64,000 nt of DNA from a virus. Positions 9,548-18,996 of the stretch are shown here, piece after piece. The stretch spans positions 115,055 to 179,054 of IMG/VR virus record IMGVR_UViG_3300010352_001565; one strand, given 5' to 3'. Both the position numbers and the translations under genes were made by a program. The notes beneath the pieces are model-generated. The model did not search any database, was not told the DNA's origin, and saw nothing but the letters and a program-made list of their open reading frames with translations. Each line of letters starts with the position of its first letter. Within the stretch, counting starts at the first letter, position 1.

Positions 9548-10276
9548 ATGAATTTAAGCTCAATCAAAATTAGCTGTGGAGGACCGAACGTGCTCGTTGT
9601 CGCTGGACCTCCTAAGTCAGGTAAAACGACGGTCGCTCAAGCGATCAGAAAAGCGTTAGCTGAGCTTGGAATGCCCGTTCAGCTTGGAAGTGCTCCTCAT
9701 CCAGGAGTTCATATGGTGAGCATCGTTGAAATGAACGACTCATCAGCTCCAATCATCGATCAAATTCTGAAGATCGCTGCAGATGAGGTGCTGATCAACG
9801 AGCGCAGGTTAAATCCAAACGACAGCGTCAAATCGCTGATGGACAGCCTTGACTGCATCGAGTATGTTATCGCGCTCGAGACCGCGTTCAACATCCAGTT
9901 TAGCGACCAGGAAGCAGACAGCGTCACTGACGCGACTACATTCGTCGATGTCGCAGCTGCAGTTGAAAAGAAAGTTGCGGAGCTTAAAGCAGAGCCTCCG
10001 GTAACCACATCTGCGAGCTCTGACCCAGAGCATCCCGCAAACATCGTTATCTCGATGGCCGAACAGATCGAGAAGACGCGCGTAGGCTGCGGCATTGCGT
10101 GGCGTGACGCGTTCGACAAGACATACGCTGAATTCCCTGACCGCCTCATCATCGCCAAAGGACGCGCAGCCCATCCTGACGCTTGCGAAGAGGTGGTTCT
10201 GATTAACCCATCTGGAATTCGCGACGGTATGATCACTATCAGCGCGCGATTAACCCACTGGGCATTCGTAGCATGA
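9548..10276 (+). CDS. P-loop NTPase with central acyl-carrier-protein-like segment
   Basis: Walker A GPPKSGKTT; segment LMDSLDCIEYVIALETAFNIQFSD resembles ACP helix II with DSL serine. Confidence 0.5.
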   Translation: MNLSSIKISCGGPNVLVVAGPPKSGKTTVAQAIRKALAELGMPVQLGSAPHPGVHMVSIVEMNDSSAPIIDQILKIAADEVLINERRLNPNDSVKSLMDSLDCIEYVIALETAFNIQFSDQEADSVTDATTFVDVAAAVEKKVAELKAEPPVTTSASSDPEHPANIVISMAEQIEKTRVGCGIAWRDAFDKTYAEFPDRLIIAKGRAAHPDACEEVVLINPSGIRDGMITISARLTHWAFVA

Positions 10277-10575
10277 GCAGTAACGAACCAGCAGGAAGTC
10301 GCAGCTCAGGCTTCGCAAAAGTGTACGGAGGAGTGGGTCCTGCGACCGCGCTGACGACTGCGCTCGATCACGACATCGGGATGCAACCCACAAGCACGGA
10401 TTTCTGCATCTCAAACAGCGATCGCGTAGGTTACTTTGATTCGAACTACATGCCTGATAGGATTGATTGCAGCGCGAGGACAGAGTCAGACAAAGAGAGA
10501 CGAGACCGCTTGTCGCGCGATGAAAACAAGAGGGCGCAGCAAGCGCGGTCCGGCAAGAAGAAAAGGTTCTTTTAA
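10273..10575 (+). CDS. hypothetical protein
   Basis: 100-aa ORF, ATGA overlap. Confidence 0.35.
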   Translation: MSSNEPAGSRSSGFAKVYGGVGPATALTTALDHDIGMQPTSTDFCISNSDRVGYFDSNYMPDRIDCSARTESDKERRDRLSRDENKRAQQARSGKKKRFF

Positions 10576-10577
10576 CA

Positions 10578-10826
10578 ATGAACTCAGCAGAGGTTATTGA
10601 AAGCGTTAAGCCGCGCGGGCAGACCCGCATCGGCAGCTTTATCGAGAGCATCACAAATGTCCTTATCGGCTACGTGATCGCCATTCTCACGCAGCTGTTT
10701 GTGTTTCCGCTCTACGGCATCAAGATCCACATTGGCACGAACCTTAAGATCGGGTTCTGGTTTACAATCATCTCGATTATCCGCAGCTACGCCATTCGCC
10801 GCTGGTTCAACTTTAGGAGAAAGTAA
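10578..10826 (+). CDS. small membrane protein (2 predicted TM)
   Basis: Hydrophobic stretches VLIGYVIAILTQLFVFPLYGI and IGFWFTIISII. Confidence 0.4.
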   Translation: MNSAEVIESVKPRGQTRIGSFIESITNVLIGYVIAILTQLFVFPLYGIKIHIGTNLKIGFWFTIISIIRSYAIRRWFNFRRK

Positions 10827-11137
10827 TGAAGATCATATCAGGAAATCAGCGCGACCCAATCATGAGGCTGCTGTTCTGGGTCATCTTCGTGATAATGTGC
10901 GGCGCGTTCACCACAGGAATAGTATGCCTTGCCTGCGAGCACGGTTTTTCGAGGGTTATGGGATTTGCGTTCTTGGTCGTAGGAGGTGGTCTGTTCACCG
11001 ACTTGCACCGCCTACCTTACATCGGAAGGATCGGAGAAGAAAAGGAATACTTCTGCGTACCTGAAAACGCAGCCTGCTTGAAGAACGAGTGCCACCGCTG
11101 GGAGCGCTGCGCCAAGAACCCGGAGAAAAATAAATGA
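10826..11137 (+). CDS. small membrane protein (2 predicted TM), Cys-rich C-terminus
   Basis: LLFWVIFVIMCGAFTTGIVCLA and MGFAFLVVGGGLF hydrophobic segments. Confidence 0.4.
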   Translation: MKIISGNQRDPIMRLLFWVIFVIMCGAFTTGIVCLACEHGFSRVMGFAFLVVGGGLFTDLHRLPYIGRIGEEKEYFCVPENAACLKNECHRWERCAKNPEKNK

Positions 11138-11670
11138 GACTCCCAATCGTCAATAAACTGCTGGTTCGCAGCGTCATAGACAGCATCGCGTCGGTGCAGC
11201 CAATGGCAGGTCCGGCCGAACCTGGCAAGAGCATTCCACTCGAATTCGCATACTACAAAGAGCCGGACAACTTTCGGTCTGGAAACATATTCGCGTGGCC
11301 GCTTCCAAGGTACAAGTGCAAGACATGCGGATCAGTATCAACAGACACTTGCTCCTCTCCGAACCGCAGTGGATGGCTGTGCTGCGACGCCGCTATGGAG
11401 CCTTACCCTGACGACCGCGAGAGCGACATGTCTGGGATTGCCAAGAGAAACTATACTTTTCGGAGTGTCTCTATTGCTGCAGCCACCGAGTATTCGCAGC
11501 GCGTCGCATGGAAGCAGGAGTTCATAAAGGCCATGTCGCAAACGGGCACCAGCATTTGCCTCGCTACGTCTGACGACGCATCATGGGCGCAGATGGCTGG
11601 GCGCGAATTGCTCTTGGTGTTTAACAACGACGGGAATATCCTGTGGCACGCCTGTATAAGATTATCGTAA
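11134..11670 (+). CDS. hypothetical protein
   Basis: 178-aa ORF, ATGA overlap. Confidence 0.45.
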   Translation: MRLPIVNKLLVRSVIDSIASVQPMAGPAEPGKSIPLEFAYYKEPDNFRSGNIFAWPLPRYKCKTCGSVSTDTCSSPNRSGWLCCDAAMEPYPDDRESDMSGIAKRNYTFRSVSIAAATEYSQRVAWKQEFIKAMSQTGTSICLATSDDASWAQMAGRELLLVFNNDGNILWHACIRLS

Positions 11671-11671
11671 T

Positions 11672-11989
11672 ATGAAAAACGTAAATTCAGCCAATTTTGA
11701 AACCGAAGTCATCCAATCGAGCATTCCTGTCGTGCTCGACTTCTGGGCCGAGTGGTGCGGGCCGTGCAAGATGATGCTTCCGGTTCTTGAAGACCTCGAT
11801 CAGTACTACAAAGGACGCCTTGAGATTGCCAAGGTGAACATAGACGAAGACCAGACCTTGGCGTCGCAGTTCGGCATCCGCGCTGTTCCTACTCTGCTGG
11901 TCTTTAAAGGCGGAGTGGTGGTAGAGCAGACTGTCGGTCTGAAGAGCATCCGCGACCTGAAAGAGATCTTTGAACGCGTTACCAAATAG
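11672..11989 (+). CDS. trxA: thioredoxin
   Basis: WAEWCGPCKMM active site (WCGPC), ~105 aa thioredoxin fold length. Confidence 0.8.
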   Translation: MKNVNSANFETEVIQSSIPVVLDFWAEWCGPCKMMLPVLEDLDQYYKGRLEIAKVNIDEDQTLASQFGIRAVPTLLVFKGGVVVEQTVGLKSIRDLKEIFERVTK

Positions 11990-11992
11990 CTT

Positions 11993-12859
11993 ATGCCAAA
12001 ACCCCGCCTTTATGCGTTCGCCACTCCAAACCAGCTTGGCATGGCGAACGCTATGCGAGAATCTGCGGTTGAGTTCGACGTTGTCCTAATTGAAGGAGAA
12101 AGCTCGAATCCATATCTCGACAAAGCGAAGACAATCAAGGCGGGGCTAGAGGCTGAGCTTGAACGAGGATCAGACATCTTTTTCTGGGCCGACAACGACT
12201 GCATATTTCTGCGTCCCGTGGTTCAGGACCTGACGCGCCGGATCCAGGGTGTCCAAGCGGTATTTCAGCAGGACGGTCTCGGCGGCCTTTGCGCCGGGTA
12301 TTTTGCTGCAAAGCCAACCGCGAAGTTTATCGAGTTTTGGGACAAGGTGCTTGGAATGAAAGAGCACTACGTTCCAGGAGACATCGGAGATCAGGCGGCA
12401 CTCAACAAGCTTAGGGGAGAGATATGCTATGACATCCTCCCTCTTGACGAATACTGGACTCCATGCGCGATGCTTCGTGGAGGAGCACAGCACGGGTGGT
12501 CGCTCCCCAACGGGGCAATCAATCCCGACAGAATACGCATGGCGCACATCGCATGCACGTTTGGACCGGACAAGCAGCGGCTGCTAAGTGAAATCAAAGA
12601 GGCTTATATGAACGGACAAGGACCTATGCCGACGCAAGAATCAAACCCGCGTGGGTTTCACCAACGCTTCAATCTCTCTAAAGTGGATGGCACTCCGATA
12701 GATCCTGAAGCTGTCTACTTCGTCCTACGGCTTGACGGAAAAGGAAGAGACCCGAAGCACATCGCCGCTTGCCGCAAAGCGGCGCTTGCTTACGCTGACG
12801 CCATCGAGAGCTCACTTCCAGTTCTCGCCAGTGACCTTCGAAAAATCTGCAATACCTGA
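11993..12859 (+). CDS. hypothetical protein; possible GT-A-like nucleotide-sugar transferase
   Basis: 288 aa; FFWADNDCIF (DxD-like) segment; assignment tentative. Confidence 0.45.
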   Translation: MPKPRLYAFATPNQLGMANAMRESAVEFDVVLIEGESSNPYLDKAKTIKAGLEAELERGSDIFFWADNDCIFLRPVVQDLTRRIQGVQAVFQQDGLGGLCAGYFAAKPTAKFIEFWDKVLGMKEHYVPGDIGDQAALNKLRGEICYDILPLDEYWTPCAMLRGGAQHGWSLPNGAINPDRIRMAHIACTFGPDKQRLLSEIKEAYMNGQGPMPTQESNPRGFHQRFNLSKVDGTPIDPEAVYFVLRLDGKGRDPKHIAACRKAALAYADAIESSLPVLASDLRKICNT

Positions 12860-12863
12860 TCAA

Positions 12864-13271
12864 ATGGAACACAATACCTTTACAAGGAATCCGCAGTGGA
12901 TTCCTCAATCTCAGCACCCAACTGTTGCTGGTTGGTACTACACCAGGCAAGAAGGCGCAGTCAGCGCTCGTTACTTCGACGACTCAGATAAGAGCTGGTG
13001 GCTGTGCTCTGAGGGCGAAATGACCCCGAACAACAGTTTCAGGGTGTGGTACTCAATCCCTGGAGTCAGCGACATTCAGGGACACCGCCGCAGCCCGCAG
13101 GTGGCTGGAGGTTCAATCGAATATAACATCAAGCGCGACGGAAATCAGTGGTGCGCTACCACGAGCATGTTCGTCAATCTTCAAGAATCTCCTGCCGGTT
13201 TTGGAAACTCGCCATCCCGCGCTCTCGAGGAGCTGTTTAAGGCGTTGACAGCGGCCGGAAGGATGTGGTAA
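12864..13271 (+). CDS. hypothetical protein (internal ATG of ORF 12732..13271)
   Basis: Trimmed to first ATG past upstream gene end. Confidence 0.4.
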   Translation: MEHNTFTRNPQWIPQSQHPTVAGWYYTRQEGAVSARYFDDSDKSWWLCSEGEMTPNNSFRVWYSIPGVSDIQGHRRSPQVAGGSIEYNIKRDGNQWCATTSMFVNLQESPAGFGNSPSRALEELFKALTAAGRMW

Positions 13272-13672
13272 TGGGCAACAAGGTTGACAACCACGAAGGA
13301 AAGCCACCGGTCGTAGGAACCGGCATGCCCACTAGCCTATACCTTGAAGAGTTCGGCTCACAGGTGTGGGCAGCTTTTGGAGAACCTCCCTATCTTGTTG
13401 GATCCGCCCTATTTGGCAAGCAGTGGCGCGACGTTGACATTAGGCTCATCCTGGACGACAAGGAGTATGAACGCCTGGGTCTTGGAGATCCTGAGCTACC
13501 GCATCATAACGGGAAGTGGGTCTCGCTGTGCATGGCATACGCAGCTCTCGGAAAGCAGATGACTGGCCTTCCGATTGACTTCCAGATTCAACAGATGACG
13601 CACGCTAACAAGAAGTTCGCAGGCGGGCGTTCTGCCATCGGGTTTGTTTCCCTGAGGATAGTTAAGGAGTGA
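13265..13672 (+). CDS. hypothetical protein
   Basis: 135-aa ORF. Confidence 0.4.
   Translation: MVMGNKVDNHEGKPPVVGTGMPTSLYLEEFGSQVWAAFGEPPYLVGSALFGKQWRDVDIRLILDDKEYERLGLGDPELPHHNGKWVSLCMAYAALGKQMTGLPIDFQIQQMTHANKKFAGGRSAIGFVSLRIVKE
13659..13671 (+). promoter_or_regulatory. late-type motif TAGTTA-N4-GTG
   Basis: gaTAGTTAaggaGTG directly at start of 1410-aa gene. Confidence 0.5.
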
Positions 13673-16600
13673 TTTCACGAGCACTACTCAAAAACATCGT
13701 TAATGAGTCGGTGACCTACCGGTTGCCGACATCAAAAAACGTCCTTTTCTTCGACTTCTACACGCTGGCCTTCCTCAACACGCTCATCCTTGATCCGACG
13801 GCGAAAGGATCGCGGGCCGCATTTACCCAGCGAGACAACGTCACGCACGATATTGAGTACGCTGAGAACCTCCTGGTCCCGCACCTCCGCAAAGAGCTGA
13901 TGGATGCCACGTTCCTGAGCATCTGCGCTGAGATCCGCCACCTTTACGACAACACACAGGACGAGAAAAAGATGCAGCAGATCGTCCAGTCTTCGGTGTT
14001 TAGAAAATACACCAGGAAATACGCTGAGCTGCGATCGTTCTCAGGTCTAGGAGCCGGCGCACAGCAGTACTCCAACGGAGGAAAGCAAGGAGCAGTCGCC
14101 AACGATATTCATCCGCGCCGAATCCGCACCAAGTTTGAGGGATCTCACAATGCCTACACCGTCTCAATGAAGGCGGCTCTATGGGCGATCAAGAAGTCCG
14201 GCCAGAGCGCTCGCGAGTTTGTGACTTTGTGCCGCTATGCTTTCGACAACCTCAGGTGGAGCTCAAGCTACGGCGGCCGCGCCTGGGCAAACATCTGCGA
14301 GGGTTGGCTGATGCTTCAAGACTCGCAGTCTGACAACATCAGGCGAGCCATTGTCAACATTGACCACGTGTTCGACATGCAGCACAACACGGGCACCGTG
14401 CTGAACAAAGTGAAGGAGTATGCGGTCAATGGTGGATACGGATGGCTGTCTGCCGGACTAGATTTTAAGGCTCACGCCACATCTCCGTACCTCCTGGTAG
14501 ACAAATGCTCCAGTGACATGCGCAAGCTTGCTCGGATGGCCTTGAAAGCTGCTGGTTACAGGGACGAGCGCATGGACGCCGCTCTGGCCGACGCTGAAAA
14601 GATGACGAGCAAGACAGCTCCAGTCGACAATGTTGAGTGGCTCGAAAAGTGGATGAAGAAGTCCGGTCAGCAGTTTTCGAACAAACATGGGGTCACACTA
14701 AAGAAGACGGTATCTGATGACGCGATCACCGGACTTGTTATCACAGGCCCCGCAGCTGCAGTTAACGACGCGTACAGTGCGTTCGGGGCGGCTGTTGAGT
14801 ACGCAAAGGGAACTGAAGGGTCTCCAAGCTGGGTTGGACACAGCATCGATCTTGATGGAAAGACCTGGATGATCGAGCTCGCAGCCAGCCACTCTAAATG
14901 GACGAACTGGCAAGCAGCGAACATTGCCGCAAACCACGGATGCACGTTTACTGAGAAAGCTGGAGAGATGTGGCAGGGGAACGCCGTATACTACGAGTTT
15001 ACCGGAAGCAAGGGAGCTGTTGAGTCCGTCATTCATGCATACGCCCAAGGAGACCACGGAAAGGAAATGGTTGTCAGAAAGCATATGCGTCCTGTTGATG
15101 ACAACGAGATTATGTCTGTTGAGTGCAACGCAGGAGCTGGATCGCACGAGTGGGCAGACAAGCATGCCGAAACCTGGCTGAGCGCTCAGGGCATGAACGA
15201 CGTCAAAGCGACAGGAACAAGCTCGGCAGTTGTTTTTACCGGTCCAAAGCACAAGCTTGAAAAGATAGTGAAAAAGTTCTATAGCGGGTATGACACAAAC
15301 ACCCCTGGTGGGAGCAAGCCTTACGTGGATGCCTCAATGCAGACCATGAAACCTGTGCTAAGCGACGATGACCAAGGAGCGGTCACTCTCAGGTCAAGCG
15401 GAGACCTTGCTTACTGGACGATCCACCACGGCCCAAACTTCGAGAAAAAGTTTGGGGTGAAGCTCACGCTTAAAAACGACCACGCGGTAGTCGTTGCTGG
15501 TCCAGTCGGAAGCATCAAAAAGGCGATACAAGACTTCTACGGCTCAGACGCCGTGATGGTCTCTCACTTGACGAAGAGCATCAAGAAGCTTCCTCCACTT
15601 CCAAAACTCCCCGCTGCGCAGAGTGGAGATCAGCAGCATTCGCTGACTCTTTCGGGAGGTCCTCCGAAAGGATACGACACCATGGCAAAATTTGCGGCGC
15701 ACCACGGGTGCACTGTAGATCCGGCTCCTAACATCGTAGACGGAGTCCCGATCTGGACAGTGCGAGGAAGCGCTAAAAGTATGTCAAAGCTTGCGCTGTC
15801 ATACTGCGAAGGTCGCGGAATCGCTCCAGAATCGGCGGCTGCGCACGCCAATAACCTTCTTCATCATGCTAAGCCTCCTATCACTCCGGAAATGTCAGGG
15901 CTGACTAAACCGGATAAACCGGCTGAAAAGAGCGATGGAGCCGTTTACACTGGTATCACAAAGAGCCACCTTTCACTCACTGACGCGAAAGGAATCGCAG
16001 AGACCTACATGTGCGAAATTAACACCGTCTACGCATCAACTGGATTTACGGTGTACCGCATAACTGGGCACAAGGCTCAAGCAAGCGCGGTGCTGTCAAA
16101 GCTCGGAAACAGCACGGAGTACCTGAACAATTTCCATCAAGTAACATTTGCCTCTTACAAGCTCAAAATGTACTGCAGTCCTCACGCCGACACGACAGAC
16201 ATCGAGGGATACGCGCAGCATAGGGGAGTCAAGGTTGTGATAGCGGACCAAGATCAAAACACTAAGCAGCATTTCTGCGAATTTACCGGAGGTCTGGAAC
16301 AGCTTCACGACGTGATCATCAACCTTACAACAGTGCATGACCCGACGACGACGGCGTTTAAAGACATCGCCCAGGGTGGAATCGCACCTCTGAAAAGCTC
16401 TAAAAGCGCTGCAAAGAGTGGGTCTGACGCAGCTAAGCTTGTCATCAAGGGGTTCAAGGTGGCACACTCTAAAGAGTACGCGGAGTACCACATCATTCCG
16501 TGGGCTGATGATCTCGGCGTTGAGTTCAAAATCAACAATCGAAACAAAGCGGGAATTGGCGGAGGAAACTACGCTGACTTGACAGGAACTAAAGAAGCTC

Positions 16601-17901
16601 TCGAAGCTTTCCTGAAGGGCTATTTTGGAACTTCTTTTAGCACTCCTGAGACCAACTACTGGCTGGCCCAAGCATCTCCAGTTCAGGCTCCAGCTCAGGC
16701 TGCTCCGGAGGCTCCTCAGCCAAAAGAAGCGCTTCACAAGCTCACACTCCATCTTCCGGGATACGGGATTGAGCACGCAATAAACTGGTCAGCGCATTTC
16801 GACTGCAAGGCTGAGGATCTTGGAGATGGATCCATACGGTTCACCGGAAATACAGAAGGAATGAAGAAGCTCATCCAAGCGCACCTCGCGAACCGACCTC
16901 AGAAAGTCCCGGAACTTTACGCCAAAGCTGAGCCGCCGATTCCAAGCAGCGACTATTTGGGGGATGGACCGCTTGGCCAATACTCTTACAGCACTAGGGA
17001 TGACAAGTATGCGTATGTTGATGTAAACTGCACGCAAGGCGTCGCAAACTCGGTGTGCGGAAAGTATAACTGTCACGTTCATGTCGGGTCAACTATCCGC
17101 ATATACGGAACTCCTTACCAAATTGAGCTGCTAGTCGGAGCTTACAGCGACATGCTGTCAGGAACGCTGTCTGCGCAAGGGGATCCCTCCAAGCTTAAGA
17201 TTGAGTACACTGAGGCGAGTGAGGTGATTGTGGACTTCTTCAACGGAGACGGGACTATCGCATACGTTGGGAACAAGAATGGATGCGCCGTTTACCACGT
17301 TGGAAACAAGAAATACAGGGTTGTTGGTCCTAAGGGTCTCGTGCACACCGCGCTTAACGAGCTGTTCGACGAGCCCACTGCGGCTAAGCTTGCTAAGGAA
17401 GTCGTTCCTGCGGGGTCAACACCGACAGCCTCAGCGAACAAGAAAAGCACGAGCAGCGCCTCGAGTGACGGCCCTAAATCTCCGTGGATGCGCTACTTCG
17501 GAGATTCGTTTGAAGTCCCTGACCAGCTGTGGACGCATCCCCAAGTCAAAGATTCGTCGAGCACGCCGGATCCGTGCCCGTCATTCATGCTCAAAAACAA
17601 CTTTGCCGTGATAATGTGGGTTGCGCATCCCGATAAAGAGAAGCGCGACACTTTTACAGACCGCTTCACGGTGACAGACGGCGGCCACAAGCCCGCTTAC
17701 GCGGGAGAAGATTTTGAAGCGGCATTCTCCGCCTTTTTAAGCTATCTTCCGAAGAAGCGCAAAAAGGCGGAGCCTGAGCAAAAGCCTGAAGAGCCGAAGT
17801 TTGATCCTCCGTTTGATCCGCCTCCTGGAACTGTAGAAAATGACGGACCGAGCGACGAAGGCGAGAAGCCAGATCCGACAGGTGGAAAACCCCCGGCATA
17901 G
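13669..17901 (+). CDS. large (1410 aa) protein, N-terminal ~450 aa paralogous to gene 49588; probable virion-associated
   Basis: GTG start after late motif; N-terminal blocks (SVTYRLP.SKNVLF.DFY.., FLSICAEIRHL, DHVFDMQHNTGTVLNKV) near-identical to 49588; C-terminal half holds ~5 repeats of a ~60-aa HHGC/.FTG module. Confidence 0.6.
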   Translation: MISRALLKNIVNESVTYRLPTSKNVLFFDFYTLAFLNTLILDPTAKGSRAAFTQRDNVTHDIEYAENLLVPHLRKELMDATFLSICAEIRHLYDNTQDEKKMQQIVQSSVFRKYTRKYAELRSFSGLGAGAQQYSNGGKQGAVANDIHPRRIRTKFEGSHNAYTVSMKAALWAIKKSGQSAREFVTLCRYAFDNLRWSSSYGGRAWANICEGWLMLQDSQSDNIRRAIVNIDHVFDMQHNTGTVLNKVKEYAVNGGYGWLSAGLDFKAHATSPYLLVDKCSSDMRKLARMALKAAGYRDERMDAALADAEKMTSKTAPVDNVEWLEKWMKKSGQQFSNKHGVTLKKTVSDDAITGLVITGPAAAVNDAYSAFGAAVEYAKGTEGSPSWVGHSIDLDGKTWMIELAASHSKWTNWQAANIAANHGCTFTEKAGEMWQGNAVYYEFTGSKGAVESVIHAYAQGDHGKEMVVRKHMRPVDDNEIMSVECNAGAGSHEWADKHAETWLSAQGMNDVKATGTSSAVVFTGPKHKLEKIVKKFYSGYDTNTPGGSKPYVDASMQTMKPVLSDDDQGAVTLRSSGDLAYWTIHHGPNFEKKFGVKLTLKNDHAVVVAGPVGSIKKAIQDFYGSDAVMVSHLTKSIKKLPPLPKLPAAQSGDQQHSLTLSGGPPKGYDTMAKFAAHHGCTVDPAPNIVDGVPIWTVRGSAKSMSKLALSYCEGRGIAPESAAAHANNLLHHAKPPITPEMSGLTKPDKPAEKSDGAVYTGITKSHLSLTDAKGIAETYMCEINTVYASTGFTVYRITGHKAQASAVLSKLGNSTEYLNNFHQVTFASYKLKMYCSPHADTTDIEGYAQHRGVKVVIADQDQNTKQHFCEFTGGLEQLHDVIINLTTVHDPTTTAFKDIAQGGIAPLKSSKSAAKSGSDAAKLVIKGFKVAHSKEYAEYHIIPWADDLGVEFKINNRNKAGIGGGNYADLTGTKEALEAFLKGYFGTSFSTPETNYWLAQASPVQAPAQAAPEAPQPKEALHKLTLHLPGYGIEHAINWSAHFDCKAEDLGDGSIRFTGNTEGMKKLIQAHLANRPQKVPELYAKAEPPIPSSDYLGDGPLGQYSYSTRDDKYAYVDVNCTQGVANSVCGKYNCHVHVGSTIRIYGTPYQIELLVGAYSDMLSGTLSAQGDPSKLKIEYTEASEVIVDFFNGDGTIAYVGNKNGCAVYHVGNKKYRVVGPKGLVHTALNELFDEPTAAKLAKEVVPAGSTPTASANKKSTSSASSDGPKSPWMRYFGDSFEVPDQLWTHPQVKDSSSTPDPCPSFMLKNNFAVIMWVAHPDKEKRDTFTDRFTVTDGGHKPAYAGEDFEAAFSAFLSYLPKKRKKAEPEQKPEEPKFDPPFDPPPGTVENDGPSDEGEKPDPTGGKPPA

Positions 17902-17927
17902 CAGTTCTACACGCCATGCCCGTAACT

Positions 17928-17961
17928 GGCCCCAGACGAAAGTCTCGGGCCAGGCACTTTT
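17928..17961 (+). terminator. probable rho-independent terminator (imperfect stem)
   Basis: ggccccagac-gaaa-gtctcgggcc then cacTTTTaaaa after the 1410-aa gene. Confidence 0.4.
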
Positions 17962-17967
17962 AAAATT

Positions 17968-18225
17968 ATGGAAAATCCACGCGAGACATTCGCAGAGGAG
18001 CTTTTGAGAGTCGGACAAGAGCAGATCAAGAAACAGACTCAAGAGCAAACGAAGAGACCGTACCCATGCTGGTATGAGTGTGAGCACATTAGAGCTCTGA
18101 AGTCGCTCAAACCCCCACCGCGCAGCTACGGATCTCCGATTGGAAGGTCGAGGTGCGGAATCATCGGAGCAGTTCTTATCGCATTTTCAGTTGGAGTTGC
18201 TGTCGGATTTGTGGCATTCCACTAA
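17968..18225 (+). CDS. small tail-anchored membrane protein
   Basis: C-terminal IIGAVLIAFSVGVAVGFVAF TM segment. Confidence 0.4.
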   Translation: MENPRETFAEELLRVGQEQIKKQTQEQTKRPYPCWYECEHIRALKSLKPPPRSYGSPIGRSRCGIIGAVLIAFSVGVAVGFVAFH

Positions 18226-18231
18226 AAAATG

Positions 18232-18260
18232 TTTACAAACTGCGGAAAAGTTGATATACT
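18232..18260 (+). promoter_or_regulatory. sigma70-like promoter P12 (TTTACA-N17-TGaTATACT), ATG 6 nt downstream
   Basis: aaaaatgTTTACAaactgcggaaaagtTGaTATACTctttccATG. Confidence 0.5.
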
Positions 18261-18266
18261 CTTTCC

Positions 18267-18524
18267 ATGAACATCAACACCGCCATTGCGGTAATGGAGA
18301 AGATTCTCTACGCAATTGAGGCTCTGTGCGGAGCTGCTATCACAGCAGTTGGTCTTAGCCACCTGATTGTGGTCCTCTCTGGGCAATTCCTGTGGTGCGA
18401 ACCTTTGGTCGGAGCCTCCGTGTTCTGGGCAGGACTTTACTGGCTAATTCGAATGCACAAATACTATGAAAACAAAAAATCTGAAAAAATCGCAGAAGCC
18501 GAAGAAGAAACAGCTGAAGCTTAA
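18267..18524 (+). CDS. holin-like small membrane protein (2 TM + charged C-terminus)
   Basis: Two hydrophobic helices then KYYENKKSEKIAEAEEETAEA charged tail; class-II holin-like topology. Confidence 0.45.
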   Translation: MNINTAIAVMEKILYAIEALCGAAITAVGLSHLIVVLSGQFLWCEPLVGASVFWAGLYWLIRMHKYYENKKSEKIAEAEEETAEA

Positions 18525-18996
18525 GGAAATCGCTGAAGCCGTTCACGCCGCTGGCGGCGAAATGAGCATCAGCCTGAATCCGTCTAAGCTGCCTGAGATC
18601 TTCCCGAATGATAACCCGCACGTGAAAATGATTCTCGAGGAAGCGGCTCGCTGGAACAAGCTGGCGACCGACATGAGGAACGCCAAGAACCCAAATCCGA
18701 TCGCCATTGAACAGTTTTACCGCGACGGTTGGTCCCACATGCTGGTCGGCGCCTGGCTGCGCTGCAAGCTGGCGGGAGAGCTCCTTGGAGGAGACCGCTG
18801 CAACGAGCGCGAGGGAGTCGCCGAGCCTGTCCTTCCTCCTCACGAAGAGCTGCTAAAGTGCGCCAAAGCTGCTCTGCTCGAGCTCCAGGCTTACAGCAAG
18901 CAAGGAGAAGCCGGTCGGCGTCTTGAGCGCGCCATCTTCCGCGTCGAACGCGAGAACCTGGCCAAGAAGTGCGGTGCTAAGCTCTCCAAACCATGA
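18466..18996 (+). CDS. hypothetical basic protein, start overlaps gene 18267 by 59 nt in another frame
   Basis: 176-aa ORF MKTKNLKKSQKPKKKQ..; out-of-frame overlap. Confidence 0.4.
   Translation: MKTKNLKKSQKPKKKQLKLKEIAEAVHAAGGEMSISLNPSKLPEIFPNDNPHVKMILEEAARWNKLATDMRNAKNPNPIAIEQFYRDGWSHMLVGAWLRCKLAGELLGGDRCNEREGVAEPVLPPHEELLKCAKAALLELQAYSKQGEAGRRLERAIFRVERENLAKKCGAKLSKP

Noticed and set aside
13659-13671. Shine-Dalgarno reading of TAGTTAAGGAGTG
   Set aside because: This single copy resembles TAAGGAGGTGA. The other 11 copies of the TAGTTA-N4-start element have no purine-rich SD, so the conserved feature is TAGTTA itself, not an SD.
14698-15252. 184-aa minus-strand ORF inside the 1410-aa gene (also 16096..16776, 226 aa)
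   Set aside because: It lies entirely antisense within a long, well-supported + strand gene in a phage where nearly all coding is on the + strand. It has no promoter or start-context signal, so it is most likely a shadow ORF.
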